Notes under the pieces: model-generated
The model's database searches: none
The model's input: only the letters and a program-made list of their open reading frames with translations
What the model was told of the DNA's origin: nothing
Shown: in pieces, positions 50,881 through 63,245 of the stretch
Numbering within the stretch: the first letter of the stretch is position 1
Layout of the letters: each line of letters begins with the position of its first letter
Program-made: the position numbers and the translations under genes
NCBI GenBank assembly: GCA_965112155.1
Contig: OZ218098.1
Direction: 5' to 3' (one strand)
Length of the DNA stretch: 64,000 bases
Origin: Podarcis liolepis
Lineage: Eukaryota

Positions 50881-53423
50881 CTGCTTTAGAGGAATGAAAG
50901 AAAACAGGATTATTTTGCAGATAACAAAACAGCCCATCAAATGGACCTTTCTCTTAATCTTGTTTTACTGATGGGAGACTAAAAATGTTCACCCATTTTG
51001 AGCAAGGGCAAGAAATTTTGCTCTTACTTTGACTCCCCCCCCCCCTTAGGTCCACATGCTACTTACATTATCCCTGGTCGAATTGCTTTGGGAGGAGGTC
51101 CCTGATAATGCCGATAAATTTGCAAAACAGGGAAAGAAACAGGTGCAAATGTGGAGGAAAGCATGAAAAAGGGTTGAGGGATTTCAAAACTTTTATCATG
51201 CCCAAACCACCTCCGGCCTCTCTCTCTCTCACACCCACACCCACCTACCTCAGTTTTGGGAGAAAAAAACCCTAATAATTTTTTATGTTCAGGAGGAGAG
51301 CAAAGGAAAGCTGACCTGTGTGCTTACCACACCAATATCTCCTTTCTTCTGGGAAGCTAGCACATGAGGCAGAAACTATATTGCCTTATGTTCTCCTTAA
51401 TTGAAAAGTTTATGCATGCAGGGAGATTTTTAAGATGGAAGAGAACTGAAAATCTTCTGTGTGAATATTGAGAAAATATAGTTTTATTCCTGTATAGCTA
51501 AAGTTACTATGATTCATATTGAGTCATTTTTTAAAAAGTATAGTTCTATGAAGGTTAAGCATCTATGGTGATTTGATAGGACTGTGCATCTCAAAAGGTA
51601 TCATACAACCAGAACAGGTATTTCCTAAATGTCCTATGTGGGTCATTTAAATACTCTAACCATTTGGCGAGATAAGGAATCAGTCTGGCTTCTCCGCATG
51701 CTATTTATGAATGACCAAAAAAGAAATATGTATTTCCTGTCACACTTCCACTTGGTTATTATTTACACAAAAAATTGCATTGTTTCCTGTTAACTGAACA
51801 TATGACTGCAATGTAATTCATTCCCACCTTCCTTCCATGTTCTCCTACATTCTTGGAATTCTGTCTGAAGGAGTTATTAAAAATAGTACAAGAGAGAAAT
51901 AAAGTCCAATACAGACAAATAACATAGCCAAAATAATGGTCCAATTAATCAACAAAATTATGACATATTCCAACTCTGTTGCCCTTTCAGCAGAGAACAG
52001 CACTGAATGCCTAAAAAGGCCCTGCAAGACTTGCAAGTTATTTTAAAGGAATGGCATAAAAATTACTGTCCGGAGAGCTGCCTGGGAAAAAACACATGCA
52101 ATAAAGCAGCATAACAGAAATGAACAAATTTTTCCAGTTAGCAAAATTATTATTTTAAGAGTGGTCTATTTTCAATTATTTGCCAGCTACATAGCAATTT
52201 AGTTAAGAAAGAAAGAAACCATTAACATAAAAAAGGAAACTGCACCAAGAACTGTAACAACAGTCTTATTCTGGAGATTGGCCAATGGAAAATATTGTTA
52301 ATTGGCATGTTTCTTTCCTCTCAGAAAGCTTTATAGAAATCCCTCTCCTACAAGAGGACATATTTCTGCAGATGGAGAAGGGGACAGTTTATAAACTATC
52401 AGGCGATTACAAGGAAAGAAGGATCAGCATTTAGCCAGTGTTCAAGGGGATAGTTTTAAACATGTTAAAATGGAGCCTATGGAATTACATGAAATACAAC
52501 TTTTATTTACCATCATTTTATATAGGGAGATTCATGTACAAATGTACAATCAAAGCAATTATTAACAAGAACCGTAAGAGGTTCCTGCTACTGTCCCACT
52601 TAATCAAAGGCTCAAAATACGATTGCTCTGGAGTAAGTATGCACAGGTTGCCTTAATAAATCTATTTATTACATAGATGTTATGTTAGCAGCCTCATACC
52701 TAGCATTCTAAGAAACCAAAAAATCTGTGAAGCTTTGAAATCAGTGGTTAAAATTGGTGCAGTTTTGAAAGGTTCAGTCTGCCATCATGTCCAGCTATAT
52801 CCAAACAGAGATGAAAACCTGCTGCTTGATATCAGGAACCATCATGAAAATATTGGCTGAAATATCTTAAGGGATGTACAAATGTATAACAAACAAACTT
52901 TGCAAAATATATGTTATTTATAAAATAAATAAATTCCAAGCCTTCAAATAATTCATTCTTGAGATTTGTCATTGAACTCAGTCGGGTTACTACGTAAGAG
53001 TTCTTGGAACTGTAATGCTTCTGGGATAGCTGCCCTTTGCCTTTCAGGAAAAAATGGGTGTCATTATTTATCTTTCTTTTTTAATAATCTTTTAAAGTAC
53101 ATAAAGATATTCCATTTAAAATATTATAGATCAACATAATTTTAGAATTGTGCCAAGCAATCTAAAATAGAAACAAAATGTGACGGCATGAAATTCTATA
53201 CTGTACCATTCATGAGAGTCATATGCAATATGACTAAACGATAGGTCTGGTCACTTATTCACAACTTATTTAACTATTCCTAATGCTATTTCAAATACAA
53301 TCAATGTCCATCTCATGAGAGAACTAACAATTTGGCCCTTGGCATTCACCTTCCATCATAAATAATGTATAGCTGGAGTACTCAAGATGCAGAGATGTAT
53401 TTTCCATCTCACTGCCTTCTGAT

Positions 53424-53612
53424 AGGCTATAGCAACTAGATGGTACATGCGCTGTGTGCAATAGATCCCAGGTTCTATCCATAGCATCCCTAGGCATGGC
53501 TGGGAAAGACTCCTATTAGTAATGATATTGAGCCACTGCCAGTCAGTGCAGGTAATGCTGCATTACATAGAGCAATGGTCTGACTCAGTATAAAGCTGCT
53601 TCCCAAGTTCCT
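53424..53612 (+). mobile_element. Squam3-like SINE, diverged
   Basis: GATCCCAGGTTC...CTGGGAAAGACTCC...CTGCCAGTCAGTG...ATGGTCTGACTCAGTATAAAG. Confidence 0.75.
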
Positions 53613-54309
53613 AAATAAAGGAATCCAGAATGGGGCTGTGGAAATGAAGGCACAGGACTTTTCAGATAGCAATTGGCTTAATTCTCGATGCCTGGGGTCA
53701 CTGGGGCAGGGGAAAGTGTGTCATTGTCCCCATAGGAATTCCTGCCATTTTGATGATTCTAGGCCCCAAGGCACCTTACAATCAGATTTTTAAACCATCA
53801 GTCATAACCAATCAATGAAACAAGACTAAGAGAGAAAAAATAAAAACATCATCAAAAACATCCTATTTCTCAGTGCTACTGATAAAAATTAAAGGCTGGC
53901 AAAGATTTTTATTCACCTAGGCAGATTATGAAGGCTTTCAGTAGCTTCTGAGACACCAGTAAAGTAGGAATCCAACAAACATACCAGTCCCCAAGTTACC
54001 CAGACTTTTCAATGACAAGAGAAGCACTATGAATTGTACTTGGGGCGCCTCCAGACTGCCACTATTTTGCAAGAGGGGTTCAAGTATATACTGTAAATTT
54101 AGATTTGCGCAATTAAAGTGTATTAAAGCTTTCTACTGCCATAGCGCAACAAATGCACTTTAAGATGTAGAAACACCCTGCAAGCAAATCAGGATGACTG
54201 TTCAATAAATAAGAACGAATTAAAATCCCAGTTAGAAAATGCATTAAAAAGTATGGAATGAACTAATTGGAGGATGTATAAACAACTCACAAGCAAATCA
54301 GGATAAACT

Positions 54310-54435
54310 GCCACAGTATTTTGAACTGGATACATTTTCTGAATGCTATTCATAGGTCATATATAACACTAGTGCAACTTAGAGGTTATTATAGCATGTA
54401 AAACTGTAGCAAGATCAGCCTGTTTCAGGAAGTAC
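54310..54435 (-). mobile_element. Ancient L2 ORF2 relic
   Basis: The minus ORF contains FLKQADLATVLHAIITSKL, matching the DLATVIH...SRLD motif. Confidence 0.65.
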
Positions 54436-55385
54436 AAAAACACTAGTCTTCCAACACTACCACTAGAATCAATGAGCAAGGTAAGAACAGAACCACTGGA
54501 GCATGGAAACAAGGATATGATGGTCAATGATATTAAAAACACTCCATTGTTTCTTTTGCAGCTAAGATTGTTCATCAAGACAGCAAAAGCTGTACAATTT
54601 CAGTTCCAAAAGCCAGACTGAAATGGATCCAGATAATCTTTCTTTATTTGGGGATGTCTGGAGTTGGGCTACAAATGCTCATTCAAGCACTAAAAGGGAA
54701 GGTTACAAATGGGACAATATTTGGAAAAATCAGTAGAGTCCAGGGGACACTTCTTAAGGAGTAGCTTTGACAGCTACCTCCTTCAAGGCAGCTCTGACCA
54801 CCCCCTCTCCCAAAGAACTGACCACCTCTTGGGCCCAGCTGGTCACTCCAAGAAGAACGAAAGTTGAGTACACAAGTGGTACACCACATTTCTCCAACAT
54901 CCTATCCATTCCTCAGACCACAACAACTGAAAATCATCCAAGCAAAAGTACACGGAGGAGCAAAGAACTGTACTGAAACAAACTAGCATCCAAGTTGGAG
55001 CAGATGCAAGCATTTTTATCTGCCAAATGCTGTGTAAATATATCACAATGGGCTACCAAGGGTTCCAGCAAACTGTTCTAGAAATGCAAATGAAGAAAGC
55101 TCTGCTGGATGGCAATGAGCAGATGCAATGGTGGTATAAAAATAGTCCCTCTTTGCTGCCATCGTCACCATGAAATAGGCTCTAAAATTGTACTGTATCC
55201 TCTGTCTTGTAATGCTCACTGAGCTGTTTGTCATGTGTGTTCTACCCATCATTCCTGTGGTTCGGAAGCATCTCTGCCTTCAACTGTCCCTAGAAATAAA
55301 AACCCACAGAACCACAACATCTAACCTGAGACCTCACCTCCTCCACCAGTGTACATAAGAAGCCTGAGAAGATTTCCAGTCCATC

Positions 55386-55448
55386 TCATATGCACAACAC
55401 TAAGTTTAAACAGTTGTTCATATGCACAACATTAAGTTTAAACTGTTG
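55386..55448. repeat. 32-bp tandem duplication
   Basis: TCATATGCACAACA(C/T)TAAGTTTAAAC(A/T)GTTG twice. Confidence 0.92.
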
Positions 55449-55509
55449 AAAATTCAATTCTTTCCCTGAAGAGGGAATGGAATTCTGTCAGAAGACAGCA
55501 GACATTAAG

Positions 55510-55880
55510 AACCACAGATCCAGATGTCAAATTTGGCCTTCTGACCCTTTCTATTTGGGCTTTGGGACTCTCCCCAGGCTATGTCCTCCTGCTGTTATTC
55601 CCCTTCACCATGTGACACACCTCACTGGCCCTGCTCTGTGCTCTCCCTCAAGTGTTTTAGCCAGGTTGAAATACGTCTTTTGAACTGTGATAATGCTTCT
55701 TGGTAGCATGGATGGAAGATAGAGGGGTAGGGGGGTGTGGGGGTGTAGAGCGGCTTCAATGTACCCTACCATGCAAAAAAAAAAAGGAGTCACATCTGTT
55801 GTGCTTCCTATTTCTGACCCTAGCTGCACCCACAAGTGAATGTGGCCCTCTGGCTGGAAAAGGTTATCCGCTGCTAGCAT
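55510..55880. mobile_element. Degraded hAT-Charlie-like element
   Basis: The 3' end GAATGTGGCCCTCTGGCTGGAAAAGGTT resembles Charlie/MER5-like termini. Confidence 0.5.
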
Positions 55881-56287
55881 GCAGCAATTTTGCCCCACTT
55901 CCACCCCACCCCAAATCATTGAAAGAGTACTGATGCTACATAAGGAAGTTGGAAGGACATTGGAAGGCCAATGTTACCTGTCTCATCAATTTTATTATTT
56001 GAATAAAACAATCCATTTTAATGTGGTTGGTTTTCAATGTGGGAAAAATCATGTGGTATGTTGGAGGACATTGTTGCAGTGACAGCAAAATTTGCCCTTA
56101 AAGTCCATAGGACACAAGGCTAGCTACCACAAAGATCCCACTGCCACAATGAAAGACATTTTGCTTGTTTACTATACCTATCACCGATCCAACAGAATGG
56201 CAAAGCTGGTTAAACATGAAACTCATTTGTGCAACAAAAGAAGGCTACACTTCAGATTACACACACATTAGGAAGTTGCGTTATTAT

Positions 56288-56449
56288 CAGTGGCGTAGCG
56301 TGGGGGGTGCAGGGGGGCCGGCCGCACCGGGCGCAACATCTGGGGATTAGGGGGCGCAAATGCACGGGTTAGGGGGCGCAAATCCACGGGTTAGGGGGCG
56401 TAAATTACTTGCCTTGCCCCGGGTGCTGACAACCCACTCTACGCCACTG
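56288..56449 (-). mobile_element. hAT-type MITE with telomere-like VNTR, copy 3 (162 bp, inverted)
   Basis: Same TIRs with one substitution. Perfect TSD GTTATTAT (56280-87, 56450-57). Three TTAGGGGGCG-containing units. Confidence 0.95.
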
Positions 56450-57107
56450 GTTATTATAAGTACTAAAATCACTTATCTGACCTTTCTCTCATCCAGTTTC
56501 CAAATCTGTCTAATTCAAATAATAAAAGAATAACAAGCAGACAGCAACTCAGAATCAATAACTGAAAATAAGATCATTGTGATGTACATCACCCACAATG
56601 CCAGCAAGATCTACATATTCAGCATTAAACAAGAATATATTCCTGTCAAACAAACAAGCACAGGGTGTTCCTGTTAACACAGGACTGACACATGGGGCTG
56701 TCCACATTCCACTCTTGATGTGACTGGGCTTCAGGGTACATCAGTGCCAATCTGGAAATCTGCATAAACATGAGACTTTGTTTAGATGGTAGAGGTTACA
56801 TCATAAGCACAGATTTACCTTGGCCTTAAAAAAACCCCATTACAAAACCAGGATCCAGCTGCCAAACTATTGTCTTTCTAGTCTGCCATAGGCTAAATGC
56901 AAACTGAAATAAAAATATGAACCATATGCTGTGAATAACTTTCATTATTCTACTTAATTCATTTGTGCAAATGCATAAAACTGGTGGATTTTGCATGTGG
57001 GGCATCATAACTGGTAGATGATGTATATGGCACCCTGCTGTTCTCATCCGTGGGAAATTGCTACTAGGTTTTGTTTTTCTTTTCAGGCAACTGTTGGAAG
57101 TTTAAGC

Positions 57108-57220
57108 CAGCCTTCACCAATCACCCTCCAGATGTTTAACTACAACTCCCATCAGCCACAGAGACAGCAATGAGAGTTATAGTCCAAAACATCTGGAGGA
57201 AATCAGGTTGGCAAAGGCTG
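57108..57220. mobile_element. 113-bp hAT/Charlie-like MITE
   Basis: TIRs CAGCCTTCACCAA / TTGGCAAAGGCTG. TSD GTTTAAGC / CTTTAAGC. Internal palindrome. Confidence 0.85.
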
Positions 57221-59392
57221 CTTTAAGCACAGGAGGAATAAGTAAAGTAATGTAAAGATGCACCTAGAATACCTTGTATCTCTCATTCTAAGTATTCTAA
57301 GCAAGCAGCCAGCAACAGATATTTCTGGCAGCCCAGACCACTAAGCATTTCTCACTAGGTAGAATATTAGTTATTTTAGTTAGTTTACTTTCCTTTTTAT
57401 TTGATGGATTCTGTCACCACTTCTGCTAGGTCAGTCAATCACCTGGTCTCATTATTCAACCTTAACTGTATCAAGGGGATATAAAGGAAACTTGAGTGTA
57501 ATAAACATGATTGTTGATCTGATAAACACCAAACTGAAGGGTCACTAGCACACACGAGCCTATGGGATAGCCATCCCATCCTGCTAAATAATTTTTTAAA
57601 AAAACTGCCACAAACACCACACCCATTTATGTAATTACATAAATGCTACACAACTGCATGTGGCATGGTGGGGGGGGCAACTATTTGAGGAAAACCATCC
57701 CCTCCCTTTTCACATATCTTTGGAACTTGGCCAATATTATTTTGTGTGTATCTTGTTGAATTTATGTGTGTGGCTGCCCCTCCTTGTACTGTACCATCTC
57801 TCCTAGTCTTGATATATTCTCCTTGTTTGCTACTCATCCTGCAGCAAAGCTCTTGCCTCCCAAGAATGAGAGAGAGATTAAATGTGGCAGAAGGCCAATT
57901 CTTAGGCTAAATCCTTTCAAAGGGGAGGAAACTGCTTGAGCTTGTCCACTGGACCTGAAAAGTCATAGGAGAGCAAAGGCACGCCAGGGGGGGGGGGAGA
58001 GGAGAAAGTCGAAAGTTTCTTGTCTGCAGATTCATCACAACTGCTCTAATTCATTATTCAGCACTTTCAACTAGAGCTTGCTCAAGAACAGAATAGCTAT
58101 TTGTCTCTTCCATCTAATATGTCCCTAAAACCTTTTTAAACACTTCCTTGTTAATATAATGGCAGACTGGAGTTTCCTGAGAAAATGTTCACTTGTCTAG
58201 AGTCTCTATCTCTCAGACACTCAAGACTTTATTCTTCTTTAGCCTACAGGCCACTCTTTTCCCCCTCTGAAGATGATGGAGAGGCACTCCACAAACTGCA
58301 CAGGCAATAGGTTGCTGCTAGCAGAAACTGAACAAACACTTCCCTTGTTTTTTCAGTGGTTACTGGATAAATGCTGATATTCTCACAAAGGTGATTTTAA
58401 TCTACGAAGTCATTGCTGGCACTCTCAGAAGAAAAAGAGACAATTAAGCACTCATTTGTACAATGATAGCACTCATAATACCATTTAAATTTTAATAAAT
58501 TTCATAAGGCTAAGCCTCAGTAACAAAAGCCAGCTAAGCAGCAAAAGGTCTGTTATGTCAGAATAGGTAACCTTGTCTATCAAAGTGTCATTGTCATTGT
58601 AGCTAAGAAGAGGCATGGGAAAGCAGTGGTCTCACCCTTGGGAAATTGGCAGACTTATTTATTCAGTTTCAACCTGAACTTTTTCTTATGAGTGGAAATC
58701 TTATATTTAAAAAATAAAACTGTCTCAAAAATCTTATTGTCTTCCTAGACAAGAACAATAAAGAGTTTCAAAAGGCTTCTGAACCAATAACAAAAGCAGC
58801 AGCAGCAGCAGTAGTTGTAGTAGTTAATTTTCTTTTAATACCTAACTTGGATAGTCCTTACCTATCAGTTTGGAAGTGCAATAGTGCCTTTCAAAAATAT
58901 AGTACTAGTTTTTCTGTGCTCAGGGGAAGTATTTATATTAAAATACAACTTTTTAATAATAATAAAAAACCAGGGTGACAAGGACCTTTCATTTCCAGGA
59001 CTACCAGAATATTGGACATGTCTATTCAAGTGGGAGTAGGGACAGGGAATTGGCTTGCTTGAGCCCATTGGGGTTTATAATAAGGGAATCAGGTCTAACA
59101 ATTGGGTATGCACAGCATTAAACACCCCCTTCCCATAGTACGGAGCTTTTCAGGAGGGAGGAAAGAAAAGGGGTACATTTTCCCTTTCTCAAGAAAATTT
59201 TGCATATATAGCAATAAATCACTCAGGTTTGGGATGGGCAGTCAGTCTCAAGCCCAAGTCTTTGAATGTTTTATATTGTGCAGCAACAGAAGGTTTTAGA
59301 AGTAAAGGAAAGAAGTACAAGGAAACAGCAGTACAAGGATCCTATCCCAGACTGCCTGGATCCCTGAAAAGGAACAGTCCTTTTAGGGGCTG

Positions 59393-59910
59393 AGAATCAG
59401 AATTGTAGAGTTAGAAGGGATACCAACGGTCATCTAGTCCAACCCCCTACAATGAAGGAATCTCAACTAGGTCATATATGTCAGGTGGACCTCCAACCCA
59501 TGCTTATAAACCTCCAAGGAAAGAGAGTCCACCACCTCTCGTGGGAGTCGGTTCCATTGCTGAACAGCTTTACTGGGAGGAAGTTCTTCCTGATGTTTAG
59601 TCGGAATCTCCTTTCTTGTAACTTGAATCTATTGGTTCAAAGTCCTAGCATCCAGAGCAGGAGTAAACAAGCTTGCTCCATCCTCCATGTAACAGCCCAT
59701 GTATCATATCCTCTCTCACTCTCCTCTTTTCCAGGCTAAACATACCCAGCTCCTTCAAGCACTTCTTATTTGGCTTGGTTTCCAGACCCTTGATCATCTT
59801 GGTTGCCCTCCTCTGCACACGTTCCAGCTTGTCAATAACCTTCTTAAATTGTGTTGCATAGAACTGGACAGTGGTGTGGTCTGACCAAGGCAGAATAGAG
59901 TGGGACCATG
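59393..59910 (-). mobile_element. 5'-truncated CR1 LINE
   Basis: The minus ORF reads QFKKVIDKLERVQRRATKMIKGLE...LKELGMFSLEKRR.R.DMI (CR1 ORF2 C-terminus). The 3' end is GGGTTGGACTAGATGACC...CTCTACAATTCTGATTCT. Confidence 0.93.
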
Positions 59911-62189
59911 CTCCCTTACATAATTCTGAATGCAAGTGTATGATGCAAGTTACTTGGTATGGAATATGCTAGAACAGCCTTCCCCAGGCTTGAGTTCCCG
60001 GATGTGGTGGGCTCCAACTCCCACCTTCACCAGCCACCATGGCCAGTGGTCAGGGATAATGGGACATGTGATTACGGAAGGCTGCAACAGAACATGCAGA
60101 AGAAGCATGTGCAAACAGAGGTGAACACAGCTTCCACCCAAGCCAAATAATTCAGCACAGTGCCCAGTTTTTTCTCTACTTTTTCTCTCTTACTCCAGGA
60201 AGGGGAAAAAAATTCTGACATATATATTGTGACAAGTCCTTGCTTGTGTCATGTGCTGCCCTCACATATTAGAGAGGATCAGGCATCATCCCCATGCAGT
60301 ATAATAAGATCAATTTCCGCACTGGATTGGTCTCAACGTGATTTGCCAATTCCCAGTGCACAAGTTTACTTTAATTCTATACACGTAAACAAATCTATAT
60401 TTCCTCGTCAGCAAGCTCAAATTAAAAGGAGCACCTTAAAGGTTTTACACCACAATACTTAAAAGAGTAATTTGTAGGCACAACAGTACAAAATCAGGTA
60501 TTTGGATTTGTTCCCAGCCAGTCTCAGACACTTAATCTTGAGGATGGTTTCTCTTTTCCATTTGTGCATGTGACTCTTATTAAACATTTGATGTTAATCA
60601 AGTATTTACAGAGAAGAAAAGGCATCCCTCACATTTCAGTATTCAATGCTGAACCAATAAGAAAGCAGCTGTTGTCAGTGGTGTGCACATTTTATTGGCA
60701 ACCCTTAAACAACTGCCCTCTAGCTATGTACAGTATCAGATCTCAAGTCAAGAAGGTCTTTCCCCCGCCCTATCTGCAAAGGGTGTTGAATCATTTTTAT
60801 GTTGACTCTGGCTTTAGCCTCACTCTACCTTCACTATAGTAGTAAATTCAGCTTTACTACAGTACTATAAAGATGTGAAAGTACTGTAATAACCTCTTTA
60901 TAAAAATAAGCTGTTAGCATTGTAGTGTTCAGTTTAGAAAACTCTAAAAAGAATACCGATGAAAAAATGTTAATGGTAGTTTGTTGCATGCCCAAAAGGG
61001 ATAATATAATTCTTTTTTTCTCTTTTCCTTTTTTGTTAGAGCATGTAAATTGTGTTGTCCTTGAGGTATCTATGAGATTACAAAAACAGTCCTGAGAACA
61101 CGACCTGAATATCACTGCAGCAACTAGCATTTTACACATATTATTATTACTTTCCTGAGCCTGATGATTAACACCTTCCTAGCAAAACATTGTTTAGAGT
61201 CGCATGTAATCCTTAAACACAGGTGTAATTCCATTTACCTGGACTCAAGCAGATACTTCAAATTACAAACACCGGGTATTACCAATCCCAATCCTGTGCT
61301 TGTTTAACCAGAAGTAAGACTCACTATGTTCATTTGGGGCTTACCTTTACCTTTTACTAAATGTGCTTATGTTTGGCTAGATCACACAATGTTTCTGGAC
61401 TGTTGTTTTATTTTTGCTTACTTCAGATTATCACCAGTATTAAGTGTCTTTCAGTGATAATTTGTATGGAAGCATTAACATTACAGGTAATTTACCTTTT
61501 TTTAGAGTTGTGTGTCTATGCCCTCTACCCTATTCCTTTGTGGTACTTATGAAAATGTTTTTAGATTCAGCAAAGAATCTACAGGCACAATTGTCATATC
61601 CCCAAGGCGGGGGGGGGGGTCTTTTTCCTCCAGTAAAATGGTATGTTGTGGCTGAATAATGGTATCCGCTATCTCCAATATCCAGGCAATGTGGCAAATG
61701 CAAAAAAAGAATGCAAGAGACTTATAAACAATGGTTCTCATACATTCAAGTATCCAGTCAAAAGCACTGACAAGAAACCATCACAAAGCTCACCAAGACT
61801 AAGATGGTAGATTACAAAAGCCTATTAATGTAGCTTATTCTTTCATTCTGGTAAAACACAACCATAAACAACTGAGGAGTCCATTTATATTTTTAATTTT
61901 GTTCCCCAGGAATCCAGGAGGTTAAAAAGGTGGCCGCAGGACTCCCCAATACAAGGAAGGGGTGGTGCTAAAAAACTCCCCTCACAAATTCTAGCCTCTA
62001 TACCTACATAAGAGTTCAAAGCTTAGATGATCCTGTGCCTGCATATACTGGCATGCCTGACATTTAAAACTATGAAATACCAACCTATTTTGAAATTGTC
62101 CAAATCATTAGTTGTGGAATTTTCCTAGCACTTTATGAATACCGCTGTTAATTGAGCAATTAACTTGAAACTGCAGAATGTGCTGTGAT

Positions 62190-62415
62190 GGCATGATATG
62201 ATATAAGCCATGTAAAAGAAGAAGCAGCCAAGCAACTCAGTATGTTGAAAGATATTAATGAAGTGGCAAAATCTGCCAGAGAAAAAAATAATAATGGATG
62301 ATTTCAACAACCCCGATATTAACTGGCTGAATGACACATCTGTACATGGTTTGGAGAAGCAGCTTACTGATACTATAAATGGCTTCTTTTTGGAACAATC
62401 TCACTCTAGAATATA
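62190..62415 (+). mobile_element. CR1-clade apurinic-endonuclease relic
   Basis: The frame from 62288 reads IIMDDFNNPDINWLNDTSVHGLEKQLTDTINGFFLEQ, matching the GDFN.PDI.W...L.Q motif of CR1 ORF2. Confidence 0.75.
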
Positions 62416-62933
62416 GAGGGGGGGACTGGGTTTAACTTCTTCAATGGTAGCCAAGTGCATCCATACTGTTAGGTACAGAGGACACAAAATTTTGCAATTA
62501 ACTTAAATAGTGCCCTATCCAACAGTGAATATTGAACATAAGGCAAAGGCAGGTGGGAAGACAAACTGTATAAAATAGGATTACTCAGTTTAAGAGACTT
62601 GCAAAAGTCAAGAAGCCACTTTTGATGATACAGTATATGACTCTAGTAAAAGCTTCAACGATGCAGCAGGATTGTTCTGAAAATAGCTGGAAACATGACA
62701 AACAGCAAAGAGATTTTTATCACCATTGCTAGCATGGTAAACAAGTGATGAGATTTTGGAAATAAATTGTAGCAGCAATAAACACAATTCTTAATGAGAA
62801 ACAATAACTAGATCCTATAAAACACAAACCTTCACACATTCCAAATTCAGCGGACTGGATTAATTCAGCTCCAGTGTTTAAAATACACTGCTTTCCCCTT
62901 AGATCTAAAAAATCATTTCAATTAAATTGGCTG

Positions 62934-62936
<3 letters not shown>

Positions 62937-62970
<34 letters not shown>
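62937..62970. repeat. (CA)n microsatellite
   Basis: Directly visible. Confidence 0.97.
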
Positions 62971-62972
<2 letters not shown>

Positions 62973-63245
62973 TTAACCTGGCACCTAAAAAAGAACACTG
63001 TAGGTGCCAGACGAATTTCCCTGGAGAGGGAATTCCAAAATCTTGGAAGCACTCATGAAAAAGTCCTCTCCCTTTTTGGCACCCCTTTCAGTTTTGCAAC
63101 TCTCGAGAAAGGCCTCTGTGGAAGGTCTGAATTCCCATGCAGGTTGATATGATAGAAGGCATCCTTAAGGTATCCAAGTCAGGTATGCATTTTAGATAAT
63201 AGATGGCCTATTTTATATGAGTGTGGCAGCTTGAATTGTTTACAT
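62971..63245 (-). mobile_element. Degraded L2 ORF2 end
   Basis: The reverse strand reads roughly RTFS*VLPRFWNSLSREIRLAPTVFFFRCQVK. Confidence 0.7.
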
